Source: an uncultured Clostridia bacterium (GTDB taxonomy: Bacteria; Bacillota; Clostridia; Oscillospirales; Acutalibacteraceae). From it: a DNA stretch of 64,000 bases. Each line of letters starts with the position of its first letter. Position 1 is the first letter of the stretch. Both the position numbers and the translations under genes were made by a program. Below, piece by piece: positions 19,395 through 29,053 of this stretch. The DNA is taken from positions 1,183-65,182 of the forward strand of contig CALWIW010000006.1 in assembly GCA_944380855.1 (NCBI GenBank). Reading direction: 5' to 3'. The notes under the pieces were generated by a model. It worked only from the letters and a program-made list of their open reading frames with translations. It ran no database searches and was not told the origin of the DNA.

Positions 19395-19534
19395 TGTAAG
19401 AAGGATGAGCCGCAAGCATCCTGATTACATGTTCTACCCCTCCTCATTGTAGATAATGCAATCTACTTTGTACCCCTCATTTTTGTAACAAAGCATCACC
19501 GTCATGTGTAAGCATGGCGGTGATGCTGTTTTTT
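19395..19534 (+). ncRNA. Candidate ~140-nt small RNA with C-rich motifs
   Basis: TGtTATAAT at 19380-19388; stem-loops at 19395-19429 and 19448-19466; TACCCCTC motif twice; strong terminator 19492-19534; no RBS-preceded ORF. Confidence 0.55.
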
Positions 19535-19557
19535 GATAAAAACAATTTTAAAATAAA

Positions 19558-19710
19558 GTTTCTTTGACAATAGTTGTGTAAACAGTAAAATTGTCTCCTG
19601 CGTTTTTACCGAATTTTAGACATTGGAGGACGCCGTCCTCCAAACCACCTGCCAAAGGGACATTGTCCCTTTGAAATCCCAGTTTTTTTCACAACATTTG
19701 CTATACAATC
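19558..19710 (+). mobile_element. MITE copy 2, internally shorter
   Basis: Ends GTTTCTTTGACAATAGTTGTG / CACAACATTTGCTATACAATC; shares the TTGGAGGAC..GTCCTCCAA and AAAGGGAC..GTCCCTTT hairpins; flanks match at 6 of 8 positions. Confidence 0.75.
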
Positions 19711-19721
19711 AAATTAATATG

Positions 19722-19756
19722 AAAAGAGGATACATATTTAAATGTATCCCTTTTTT
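19722..19756. terminator. Bidirectional terminator downstream of yfhO-like gene
   Basis: AAAAGAGGATACAT/ATGTATCCCTTTT inverted repeat. Confidence 0.65.
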
Positions 19757-19786
19757 GATTTATTATCTTTTGTCAGCATATAAGTC

Positions 19787-22723
19787 TTACTGAGGATTTG
19801 AGTTTTCTTCGTCCTCGTACATAAGCACTCGCTTTGTTGTTTCCGACAATTCCTCCTGACCGTACTTATAATCGTCGGAATTTTTGTATTCAGCAGCGTG
19901 TTCTTCATAGGAATCTTCCTGAATTACCATTTCTACCTCACGGCGTTTGCTTTCTATTTCTTCAAGACGTTTTCTCTCTTCTTTTTCCTCTTCCTCTGCC
20001 AAAGCCTTGGCGTCGTCGGGATATCCTGTTTCCTCTCCCTCAAAGGTCATATGCTTTTCGATGCCTTTCTTTTTCTTTCTTATATAGGAAACAAGACACA
20101 TAATTATAAACAAACCTACTCCGCCGATGAAAATCAAAAGTCCGGGGAAAAATCCCTTTGGAATAAATGACATCTTAACCGTGTGAGTACCCTCGGAAAG
20201 GCTGAAAGCAAGCATTGCATTTCCTACAGGAGTTATTTCAACCTCTTCCCCGTCAACCCATGCTCTCCAGCCCTCTTCGTAAGGGATTGAAGTATAGAAG
20301 AGTCCGTCCTTGTCGGCGGTTATAGTTCCCTCAATAGAAGAATCGGTATATGAAGTTGTGGTAAATGTGTTCTGACTCAATATCTCATAGCCCTTATCAA
20401 ACACGTCCTGATTAAAATAGGCACACACAACAGTGGCAGTACCCTTTGCACCCTCTTCCAGATCTACATAAAGGGATATTTTATCTCCCTGTTTATACTC
20501 GCCGCCGCAGGCTATATAAGCCTTGCTTATATCAAAGGTATCCTGTTTTTCGTCATTTACATAAAGGACAAGATTTTTTGCGTTTGAAATATTAGCAAAG
20601 AAACAAACCATTCCGTCCTTTGGCATTTCGTAATTATATTTTAAATGAGGAGCAACAGCGTCATTATTGGTAGAGAACGAATATTTGTAATCTCCTGTTT
20701 TATTTACAGGGAACACGGCATAATCGGTGTGACCCTGATTTACAACGTTTAAAAGTGTAAACACGTCCTCGGAAAGTCCCGTAGCATATGAGAAAATTTC
20801 ATTTTGATTTTCTATAGGATTGTTTACTGTCTTGTCCACCTCGTATTTCAGCATATCCTCGTTTGCCATAAATCCCACAGGCAAATAAGCCGTATTTTTC
20901 ATAAGCTTAACCTGTCCGTCCTGAGCGATTTCTTCCATATACATGGTGTTGTTGTAATTTCCGTCACGGGCAATAAGATATTTCAAGTTAAACAGCAGAT
21001 TGGTAACGGGAGAGCTTTCACGGTAGGAATATCTGTTGCCTGATTTTCTTCCCGTAAGTCCTGTATTTTCCGCAAATGAGCTCATGTTCACATTAGCCAT
21101 GGAATTAAAAAGAGAAATTCCGTTGTATCCGTTCAACGCTCCGTCGTTCAAGGTCTGGGTTGTTGTCATTTCCGTTCTGAAAAAGTCATTTGAGCCCTCT
21201 TCTTTTTCCTCAATTACATTAAGAAGATTTGAAACGCTTTGTCCCTGACGGGGATAATCGTTTTTTGTGGTAACTCCTACCGACATCAAGCCGAAAGCAC
21301 TGCTTGAAACAAATTCCACCAAAAGCAGAACAGATAGCAAAACATTCATTGATTTTCTTGATATTTTCCTAATGCTGAAAAGGAATACAGTAACAAACAA
21401 AGCCGCCAAAAGCACAACCGTAAGTATTACAGGCAGAGTTTCCTGAATTCCTATTGCCAAAATAATAGGTATCAATGAAAGTATGCCTGCAAGTATAACG
21501 TCCCATTTATTAAAGAACGCCATATTTGAATAGGCTCTGTATGCCATGGTTATAAGCACAAAGCTGAAAAGGAAGCTGAATCTGTAGGGCAGCATATTTG
21601 TAAAATGGAAGCCGTGCCAGATATAGTCAAGCTGTCTTATGATAAAGCTCATAATAAAGAAAACAAGCATAAGGAAATTAAAGGCTTTTTCTCTTTTCTT
21701 TATTTTAGCTGACAGCAGACTCAAAAGTCCCAAAAACATTGCCGCATAGGTGCAGTAAATATTTGGAAGCCCTTCCTTTGAGGTAGGCTCTACAAAAGCC
21801 ACACTGTTTGAAATAACCTTTTGAATGGCAATCAAGGTTCCGTACAGGTCGTTGGAGCCTCCCATATTTATAGCATAGTTTTTTGGGAATGTGCTTGTGG
21901 TTGAATATGTATTTTGCAGGGCAAAAAACGCAGGCAAGGTAAGAATTGCGGTTATAGCCAAAGCCACGGCTGTGGAGAGTGCTATTCTTCCGAAACGCTT
22001 TGCAAAGCTTTTGAACCCGTCCCACATACATATATTGTAGCCGATATAGCAAAGCAGAACAAATATACAGGTAAAAAGACCGATATAGTAATTGGCAAGC
22101 ACCGACAGGGCAAGAGAAACAATATAAAGCCTGAACTTTCCCTCTCTCATCAACGCGACCGTACCTGTAACAACCAGCGGCAAAATAGCCACGGTATCAA
22201 GCCAGATTACGTTCCAGTAATAGCCCATTATAAATGAACAAAGGGCGTACATAGGCGAAAACATAACAAGGGACCAGTTGTTTACCTTAAAGGTATATCT
22301 TAAAAAGATTGCAAAGCTCAGTCCCGCTATTCCCACTTTAAACACAACGGAAAATGCAAGAAATTCCGTAAGTATACTTTGAGGAATGAAAACCGTCAGA
22401 AAATTCAAAGGGCTTGCAAGATAATAGGACATCAGTGCGAAGAAATTTACGCCGAGTCCCACGTCCCATGTCCAGAAAAGAGAACCACCGCTTTGAAGCT
22501 TGTTTTGCAGGCTTACCAAAAAAGGATAATACTGGTGCCACAAATCAACCACAAGTATCTGCTTGTTGCCGAAAGGAGCTATTCCCGACACGGCGAAAGC
22601 CACCGCCATAATCACAAATGGAACGACAAAAGCCCATATCAAATACTTATGACGACGCAAAAAAGATTCTTTCTTTGCCGGCGTATTTTTTATACGCTGC
22701 GGCTTGTTGCTTACTGCAGTCAT
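19787..22723 (-). CDS. YfhO family membrane glycosyltransferase (GT-C, cell-wall polymer modification)
   Basis: DLWHQYYPF, YYLASPLN, WHGFHFTNMLPYRFSF, TSIPYEEGW; many TM helices. Confidence 0.9.
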   Translation of the reverse strand: MTAVSNKPQRIKNTPAKKESFLRRHKYLIWAFVVPFVIMAVAFAVSGIAPFGNKQILVVDLWHQYYPFLVSLQNKLQSGGSLFWTWDVGLGVNFFALMSYYLASPLNFLTVFIPQSILTEFLAFSVVFKVGIAGLSFAIFLRYTFKVNNWSLVMFSPMYALCSFIMGYYWNVIWLDTVAILPLVVTGTVALMREGKFRLYIVSLALSVLANYYIGLFTCIFVLLCYIGYNICMWDGFKSFAKRFGRIALSTAVALAITAILTLPAFFALQNTYSTTSTFPKNYAINMGGSNDLYGTLIAIQKVISNSVAFVEPTSKEGLPNIYCTYAAMFLGLLSLLSAKIKKREKAFNFLMLVFFIMSFIIRQLDYIWHGFHFTNMLPYRFSFLFSFVLITMAYRAYSNMAFFNKWDVILAGILSLIPIILAIGIQETLPVILTVVLLAALFVTVFLFSIRKISRKSMNVLLSVLLLVEFVSSSAFGLMSVGVTTKNDYPRQGQSVSNLLNVIEEKEEGSNDFFRTEMTTTQTLNDGALNGYNGISLFNSMANVNMSSFAENTGLTGRKSGNRYSYRESSPVTNLLFNLKYLIARDGNYNNTMYMEEIAQDGQVKLMKNTAYLPVGFMANEDMLKYEVDKTVNNPIENQNEIFSYATGLSEDVFTLLNVVNQGHTDYAVFPVNKTGDYKYSFSTNNDAVAPHLKYNYEMPKDGMVCFFANISNAKNLVLYVNDEKQDTFDISKAYIACGGEYKQGDKISLYVDLEEGAKGTATVVCAYFNQDVFDKGYEILSQNTFTTTSYTDSSIEGTITADKDGLFYTSIPYEEGWRAWVDGEEVEITPVGNAMLAFSLSEGTHTVKMSFIPKGFFPGLLIFIGGVGLFIIMCLVSYIRKKKKGIEKHMTFEGEETGYPDDAKALAEEEEKEERKRLEEIESKRREVEMVIQEDSYEEHAAEYKNSDDYKYGQEELSETTKRVLMYEDEENSNPQ

Positions 22724-22933
22724 AATATACCTCCATACACATTTAATCTTTTCTCAGTCTTAAAAATATATACGGATATAGTTTACCATTTTTGTAACTT
22801 TAAGTAAAGAGTTAAAATTAATATCCTTAAAATTTGTACTGTTTTACAACTTTCCTTATAATTACTACAGTTAAATAAAATTAAGTTGATATTACTTTTT
22901 TATTGTGTTAAAATATTTTTAAGAGGTGATTTG

Positions 22934-23569
22934 ATGACCCAGGAAGCCAAAAAGGAAATAATGCTGAAAGCGGTGGAAGCTTTAAAAAAAGAATATCCGG
23001 ACGCAATTTGCTCTTTGACATACAAAGACCCTTTACAGCTTTTGATTGCCACACGTCTTGCGGCTCAATGCACCGATAATCGTGTAAATATGGTAACTCC
23101 GGCATTGTTCGAGCGGTTTAAAACCGTCGGCGACTTTGCAGGTGCAGAGGTTTCTCAGGTTGAGGAATACATAAAAAGCTGCGGCCTCTACAAAACAAAG
23201 GCAAGGGATATTGTCCTTATGGCTCAGTGTCTTGAAAGCAACTACAACGGGGAAGTTCCCGACACTATCGAGGAGCTTACGAAGCTTCCGGGCATAGGCA
23301 GAAAAACCGCAAACCTTGTTGTTGGAGATATTTTCGGCAAGCCTGCGGTTGTTGTTGACACCCACTGTATAAGACTTACCCACAGGCTCGGCGTACATAA
23401 CATAAAAGACCCTAAAAAAATTGAATTTATACTGCGTGACCTTTTGCCCCCTGAGGAAAGCAACGATTTTTGTCACAGGCTTGTGCTTCACGGCAGAGCC
23501 GTATGCGACGCAAGAAAGCCAAAATGCGAAATTTGCTGTATGAATTCTTTTTGCCCTAAAAACATATAA
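22934..23569 (+). CDS. nth: Endonuclease III
   Basis: LAAQCTD, LPGIGRKTAN, VDTH and Cx6Cx2Cx5C cluster. Start refined to ATG 22934. Confidence 0.96.
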   Translation: MTQEAKKEIMLKAVEALKKEYPDAICSLTYKDPLQLLIATRLAAQCTDNRVNMVTPALFERFKTVGDFAGAEVSQVEEYIKSCGLYKTKARDIVLMAQCLESNYNGEVPDTIEELTKLPGIGRKTANLVVGDIFGKPAVVVDTHCIRLTHRLGVHNIKDPKKIEFILRDLLPPEESNDFCHRLVLHGRAVCDARKPKCEICCMNSFCPKNI

Positions 23570-23591
23570 CTGATACATTGTTTTATAATAA

Positions 23592-24155
23592 TTGACGGTG
23601 ATTGCATTGATTAAAAAAATTCAGAAAATTGACGACAAGGTTTTAGATAAAATTAAAACCGTAAACAAACCTTTTCTTAATAAAATAATGATAGTTATAA
23701 CCTCTCTCGGTACTTTCGGAGTAATTTGGTTTGCCATAGCTCTTGTTATGCTTATAACCGAAAAATACAGGTCTGTAGGGGTAAACCTGATAATAGGACT
23801 TGCCATAACTCATCTCCTGGGTGAGTTCACGATAAAAAGACTTGTCTGCCGTTCCCGTCCCTGCCACAAGCTTGACGACGACGAGCTTATTATCGACCGC
23901 CCGAAATATTATTCTTTCCCCTCGGGACATACCGCCGCTTCATTCTGCGTTGTAGGGGTTTCATTTTTAAGGTGTCAGCCGATAATTTGGGTTCCCATTC
24001 TTATTATGGCTATGCTTATAGGCTTTTCAAGAATATATCTGCGTGTGCATTTTCTCACTGATGTTTTGGCTGGAGCACTTTTGGGCTTTATCTGCGGCTG
24101 TGCCTCGGTGGGAATTATGGTAAACCTTGCAGTAAACTACGGCTTTTTCGCTTAA
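23592..24155 (+). CDS. PAP2 family phosphatase
   Basis: KRLVCRSRP, SFPSGH, SRIYLRVHFLTDV. Confidence 0.92.
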   Translation: MTVIALIKKIQKIDDKVLDKIKTVNKPFLNKIMIVITSLGTFGVIWFAIALVMLITEKYRSVGVNLIIGLAITHLLGEFTIKRLVCRSRPCHKLDDDELIIDRPKYYSFPSGHTAASFCVVGVSFLRCQPIIWVPILIMAMLIGFSRIYLRVHFLTDVLAGALLGFICGCASVGIMVNLAVNYGFFA

Positions 24156-24206
24156 TTTTGCCGCCATAGATTTGATTTAGTTTTTACAAAATTGAATACA
24201 TTGCAA

Positions 24207-24246
24207 AACACCCGCAGTTCATATTTTGAACCGCGGGTGTTGTTTT
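24207..24246. terminator. Bidirectional terminator
   Basis: AACACCCGCAGTTCA/TGAACCGCGGGTGTT between convergent genes. Confidence 0.7.
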
Positions 24247-24504
24247 TTATTCTTTTATTGAATTTTCTCTGCCGAACAGGTAATCAAGGGAAACCTTTAA
24301 GACCTTTGAAATTGCGTCAATTTCAATATCCGTCACCGCCCTGTTTCCCGTTTCAATTCTTGAAACAGAACCACGGCAGGTATAAACCGCCATCAATTCC
24401 AATTTTTCCGAAAGTTCCTTTTGGCTGAGTCCGGCTTTTATTCTTGCCTCTTTAATTCTCGCCCCAATAATATTCTGTTTATCGCTTTCAATTATTCTCT
24501 TCAT
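24247..24504 (-). CDS. Small XRE-family helix-turn-helix protein
   Basis: IGARIKEARIKAGLSQKELSEKL..SVSRIETGNR. Start refined to ATG 24504. Confidence 0.85.
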   Translation of the reverse strand: MKRIIESDKQNIIGARIKEARIKAGLSQKELSEKLELMAVYTCRGSVSRIETGNRAVTDIEIDAISKVLKVSLDYLFGRENSIKE

Positions 24505-24515
24505 ATTTTTTGTCC

Positions 24516-24602
24516 CCGACCTGCAAAAGTTGCACAATAGAAATTGACATTTGCACAGGTCGGACGAAACCTTTTCCGCAATCTTTGGAATGGCTCGCCC
24601 TC
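24516..24602 (+). repeat. Single palindromic cassette plus B hairpin
   Basis: CCGACCTG-32 nt-CAGGTCGG followed by CGAAACCTTTTCC...GGAATGGCTCGC. Confidence 0.85.
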
Positions 24603-24623
24603 AATTAGATTTACTTTTTTATT

Positions 24624-24841
24624 GGTTGTATGGCAAGTGTTTTTGGGGGAATTTAGGGATTACAAAGGGACCACTGTCCCTTTGGCAGGTAGTTTGGAGG
24701 ACAGCGTCCTCCAAGGTCTTAAAATGCAGCAAAAAACAGTCCGGTGAACTGTTTTTTGCTGTGAACCCACGTCAGTATTCCCTGCAAACTTTTTATTTTT
24801 TCCAAAATCACTTTTTTTGCCCCAACTACAGACTTCCTGCC
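24624..24841 (-). mobile_element. MITE copy 3, inverted
   Basis: Reverse-complement similarity to 10883-11089 along its length; one end degenerate; no TSD visible. Confidence 0.8.
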
Positions 24842-24846
24842 GGAAA

Positions 24847-27468
24847 TTAAAGTAAAGCTTCTAAAGCGGCTTTCAGCTGGGCTATTTTTTCTCTTTCACG
24901 GGCTGCCTGCTGTTTAACGGTTTCTACAACCTTTTCAGGAGCCTTCGCAATAAAGCCCTGATTGTTCAGCTTTCCTTCGGACTGTGCCAACAGCTTTTCT
25001 GTGGCGGCAAGCTCTTTTTTAAGTCTTGCGGTTTCAGCCGCCTTGTCTACAAGCTCGTCCATAGGAATATAAATCTTTGCGTCGGTGGTAACAACTGTAA
25101 CCGCTCCGTCAATCTCAAAGCTTTCACCTATTTCAACTTCGCTTGCGGAAGCTAACTTGCAGATAAACTTAGAGCCGTTTTCAAATACGTCACTGAGCTT
25201 TGTTGCCACATAAACCTTTGCTTTTCTTGAGGGAGGAACGTTCATTTCCTGACGGCGGTTACGGATTGCCTTTATTGCGTCCATAACGCTTTCCATTTCC
25301 TTTGCCGCCTGCGGGAAGTCAAGGTTTTCGTCGTACTCAGGGTACTTTGCAAGCATTATTGTTTCGCCCTCGTGCGGCAATGTCTGCCAGATTTCCTCTG
25401 TGATGTACGGCATAAATGGGTGGAGGAGTCTTAAAGTCTTTTCCAAAACCCATACTAAAACCTGTCTTGCGTTCTGAGCTGTCTGTTCATCGGACTGAAG
25501 TCTTGACTTTGCAAGCTCGATATACCAGTCGCAGTAGCAGTCCCAGATAAAGTCGTAAAGCTTCTGAACCGCAACGCCAAGCTCGAACTTTTCAAGGTTT
25601 TCGTTGATTTCCTTTGTAACCTTGTTGAACTCGTTGAGAATCCACTTATCCTCTGTTTCAAGCTTTTCAGGGAGCTTGTTCTCAACATTAAAATCATCTA
25701 TATTCATGTGAACAAAGCGGCTTGCGTTCCACAGCTTGTTTGCAAAGTTACGGCTTGCCTCAACACGCTTTTCACTGAATCTCATGTCATTTCCCGGTGA
25801 ATTTCCTGTTGCAAGGAAGAATCTCAGGGCGTCTGCACCGTACTGGTCGATAACTTTAAGGGGGTCAATACCGTTGCCCAGAGATTTTGACATCTTTATA
25901 CCCTTTTCATCTCTTACAATACCGTGAATAAATACTGTATCATATGGAGGACATCCCATCTGCTCGCAGGCTGAGAAAATCATTCTTGCAACCCAGAAGA
26001 AGATAATGTCGTATCCTGTAACAAGTGTATTTGTGGGGTAGAAATACTCAAGCTCAGGTGTCTTATCAGGCCAGCCCAATGTGCTGAACGGCCACAATGC
26101 AGAACTGAACCAGGTATCAAGTGTATCCTCGTCCTGTGAAAGCTTTGTGCTTCCGCACTTAGGACAGGTGTGAGGCTCTTCTCTTGAAACGATTACCTCG
26201 CCGCAGTCCGCACAGTACCATGCAGGGATTCTATGACCCCACCAAAGCTGACGGGAAATACACCAGTCTTTAATATTTTCCATCCAGTGGAAATAAATCT
26301 TTTCAAATCTTTCAGGAATGAACTTTGTTCTTCCGTCCTTAACACACTCTATTGCAGGTTCTGCCAAAGGCTTCATCTTTACAAACCACTGCTTTGAAAC
26401 CTTAGGCTCAACTGTTGTCTTACAGCGGTAACAGGTACCTACATTGTGAACGTGAGGCTCAATCTTCACAAGAAAGCCGCCCTCTTCAAGGTCGTGAACG
26501 ATTGCTTTTCTGCACTCATATCTGTCCATACCCTGATATTTGCCTGCGTTTTCGTTCATATGGGCTGTATCGTCCATAACATTTATAACAGGCAGATTGT
26601 GTCTTAAACCAACCTCGAAGTCGTTGGGGTCGTGAGCAGGTGTAATCTTAACACAGCCTGTTCCGAAATCCATCTCAACATAATCGTCGGCAACAACGGG
26701 AATTTCTCTGCCCACAATGGGGAGAATAAGCATCTTTCCAACGATATTCTTATATCTTTCATCATTTGGGTTTACTGCAACTGCGGTATCGCCCAAAAGT
26801 GTTTCCGGTCTTGTGGTAGCAATCTCAACATATCCGTCGCTGTCCTTAATTGGGTATCTGATATGCCAGAAATTGCCTTCCTGCTCGGAGAATTCAACCT
26901 CTGCATCGGAAATTGAAGTACAGCAGTGAGGACACCAGTTGATTATTCTTTCACCGCGGTAAATAAGTCCCTTTTCATAGAGCTTTACGAAAACCTCATT
27001 AACAGCCTTTGAACAGCCCTCGTCAAGGGTAAATCTTTCTCTTTCCCAGTCACAGCTTGAACCCAATTTTTTAAGCTGGTCGCAGATTCTGCCGCCGTAC
27101 TCTTTTTTCCAGTCCCATGCTCTTTCAAGGAATTTTTCTCTTCCCAGGTCCTCTTTTGTGAGGCCTTCTTTAGCCATAGCCTCAACGATTTTTGCTTCGG
27201 TAGCGATAGAAGCGTGGTCAGTACCGGGAAGCCACAAAGCGGAATATCCCTGCATTCTCTTATATCTTATCAAAATATCCTGCAATGTTTCATCCAAAGC
27301 GTGACCCATGTGAAGCTGACCTGTAATATTTGGAGGCGGCATCACAATAGTATACGGTTTTTTATCCTTATCAACTTCAGCGTGAAAGTAGTTGCCTTTC
27401 AGCCAGAAGTCATATATTCTATCCTCAAATTCCTGAGGATTATAAGCCTTAGCAAGCTCCTTAGCCAT
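24847..27468 (-). CDS. valS: Valine--tRNA ligase
   Basis: [31 protein letters not shown]-terminal coiled coil. Confidence 0.98.
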   Translation of the reverse strand: MAKELAKAYNPQEFEDRIYDFWLKGNYFHAEVDKDKKPYTIVMPPPNITGQLHMGHALDETLQDILIRYKRMQGYSALWLPGTDHASIATEAKIVEAMAKEGLTKEDLGREKFLERAWDWKKEYGGRICDQLKKLGSSCDWERERFTLDEGCSKAVNEVFVKLYEKGLIYRGERIINWCPHCCTSISDAEVEFSEQEGNFWHIRYPIKDSDGYVEIATTRPETLLGDTAVAVNPNDERYKNIVGKMLILPIVGREIPVVADDYVEMDFGTGCVKITPAHDPNDFEVGLRHNLPVINVMDDTAHMNENAGKYQGMDRYECRKAIVHDLEEGGFLVKIEPHVHNVGTCYRCKTTVEPKVSKQWFVKMKPLAEPAIECVKDGRTKFIPERFEKIYFHWMENIKDWCISRQLWWGHRIPAWYCADCGEVIVSREEPHTCPKCGSTKLSQDEDTLDTWFSSALWPFSTLGWPDKTPELEYFYPTNTLVTGYDIIFFWVARMIFSACEQMGCPPYDTVFIHGIVRDEKGIKMSKSLGNGIDPLKVIDQYGADALRFFLATGNSPGNDMRFSEKRVEASRNFANKLWNASRFVHMNIDDFNVENKLPEKLETEDKWILNEFNKVTKEINENLEKFELGVAVQKLYDFIWDCYCDWYIELAKSRLQSDEQTAQNARQVLVWVLEKTLRLLHPFMPYITEEIWQTLPHEGETIMLAKYPEYDENLDFPQAAKEMESVMDAIKAIRNRRQEMNVPPSRKAKVYVATKLSDVFENGSKFICKLASASEVEIGESFEIDGAVTVVTTDAKIYIPMDELVDKAAETARLKKELAATEKLLAQSEGKLNNQGFIAKAPEKVVETVKQQAAREREKIAQLKAALEALL

Positions 27469-27496
27469 TATACAATTCTCCCCTTTTCTTTTAAAT

Positions 27497-27810
27497 CCGC
27501 CTTGCTAAGCTTCCATTTGGAAATTAACGTCGTTTCAAGGCGGGCGAAACCTTTATTTTTTATTTCCGACCTGCAAAGGTTTAATTAAAAAATAAATGTC
27601 ATTTCAGGTCGGGCGAAACCTTTTCCGTAATTTTTGAAATGGTTCGCTCTCATTTAACTTTTTATTTCCGACAGGAAAAGAACATCTTAAAATCAGTTCC
27701 CGTTTTCCGTCGGGCGAGTTTTTTATCTCCGCCTTGCAAAGCTTCCATCTGAAAATTAACGTCATTTCAAGGCGGGCGAGACCTTCCGCTGTATCTTTGG
27801 AATTGTTCGC
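27497..27810 (+). repeat. Tandem array of four palindromic cassettes in the valS leader
   Basis: Cassettes at 27497-27543, 27566-27612, 27668-27713 and 27729-27775; B hairpins at 27613-27651 and 27776-27810. Confidence 0.9.
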
Positions 27811-27895
27811 TATAAAATCACTTTTCTTTTTATCTTTTCGCAAACAGGTATTTTATATTCAATAAAAGTCTTTTTACGAAACTGAAACACTTTTT

Positions 27896-27924
27896 ATTAT
27901 CTCATTTCAGCTATATTTTGTCAA
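27896..27924 (-). promoter_or_regulatory. Putative sigma-A promoter of valS
   Basis: TTGACA-17 bp-GATAAT with extended -10 TG, just downstream of the terminator of the upstream gene. Confidence 0.6.
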
Positions 27925-27948
27925 TGTTTTTTTAACTTTGCTCTATCA

Positions 27949-27989
27949 AAAAACGGGAACCTTTGCCTAAGGCGAAAGCTCCCGTTTTT
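27949..27989 (-). terminator. Rho-independent terminator of the aldo/keto reductase gene
   Basis: AAAAACGGGA...TCCCGTTTTT inverted repeat. Confidence 0.75.
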
Positions 27990-28003
27990 ATTTTTATATT
28001 CTG

Positions 28004-28918
28004 TTACGGCAGATGATGTCCGGCACTGCGGTAGAGGCTGTACCATTCCTCTCTGGTAAGCTCAAAATCTGCGGCTTTGCATATATCGCAAAGTCTTTCC
28101 TTATTTGTTGTGCCTGCAATAACCTGGGTTTTTGCAGGGTGACGAAGAATCCACGCGGCGGCAACGGCTGTATTTTTTACGCCGTATTTTTCAGCCAATC
28201 TATCAAGCTCTGCATTAAGCTCCGGGTAATCGGGATTATCAAGGAATACTCCACCTTTTCCGTATCTGAACGGCGACCAAGCCTGAACTGTCATATTATT
28301 AAGCCTGCTGTATTCCATCAAAAATCCGTCGTGCATTACGGACTCTTTATTCTCCATATTAACGTTAATTCCCGAGGTTATCATGCCTGCGTTTACAAGG
28401 CTTAACTGAAGCTGATTAATGATAAGCGGAAAGCTTACTCCCCTTTTAAGCAGTTCAATCTGCATCATATTGTGGTTGCTGACTCCGAAATTTCTAACCT
28501 TTCCGCCGGTAAAAAGCTTTTCAAAGACCTCTCCCACTTCCTCAGGCTCCATAAGTGCGTCGGGACGGTGAAGCAAAAGCACGTCGATATAATCCAAATT
28601 CATTCTTTTAAGGCTTGTTTCAACGGATTTTATAATATGCTCCTTTGAAAAATCATAATATCCGGGTCTTATGGCACACTTGGTCTGAATAATCATTTTT
28701 TCCCTGAGATTTTTGTGATTTGCCATAAATTCTCCGAAAAGCTCTTCCGACTTTCCTTTTCCGTAAATATCCGCATGGTCAAAGAAGTTTACACCCTGTT
28801 CCAGAGCGGTCATCAGAAGTTCTTCAACCTGAGAATTATCCATTGAGCTTATTCTCATACAGCCCAAGGCTATAGCCGGAGCTTTTATTCTGTCTTTGCC
28901 TATTTCAATATATTTCAA
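28004..28918 (-). CDS. Aldo/keto reductase (YcsN/YdhF-like)
   Basis: LGCMR, FDHADIYG, QTKC, LLLHRPD, GVSNH, AWILRHP. Start refined to TTG 28918. Confidence 0.93.
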   Translation of the reverse strand: MKYIEIGKDRIKAPAIALGCMRISSMDNSQVEELLMTALEQGVNFFDHADIYGKGKSEELFGEFMANHKNLREKMIIQTKCAIRPGYYDFSKEHIIKSVETSLKRMNLDYIDVLLLHRPDALMEPEEVGEVFEKLFTGGKVRNFGVSNHNMMQIELLKRGVSFPLIINQLQLSLVNAGMITSGINVNMENKESVMHDGFLMEYSRLNNMTVQAWSPFRYGKGGVFLDNPDYPELNAELDRLAEKYGVKNTAVAAAWILRHPAKTQVIAGTTNKERLCDICKAADFELTREEWYSLYRSAGHHLP

Positions 28919-29053
28919 AAGAATCACCCTCTTGCTTTTTTCAAATTGTACCATACAGAAACCCAAAATACAATAAGTTTAAACAGATTGTAAACCTTGC
29001 TGATATGTGGTAAAATTATGCTGTAATATAATTATATAAAGGTTGATTATTAA

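Noticed and set aside
27497-27810. Hammerhead ribozyme (CGAAAC motif) or integron attC array
   Set aside because: No CUGANGA core, no consistent RYYYAAC/GTTRRRY ends, no cassette ORFs between units and no integrase.
27604-27843. 79-aa ORF and similar short ORFs (10973-11227, 24544-24850, 30287-30562, 33358-33732)
   Set aside because: These are translations of repeat or MITE DNA. Frames and stops are not conserved between copies and no good RBS is seen.
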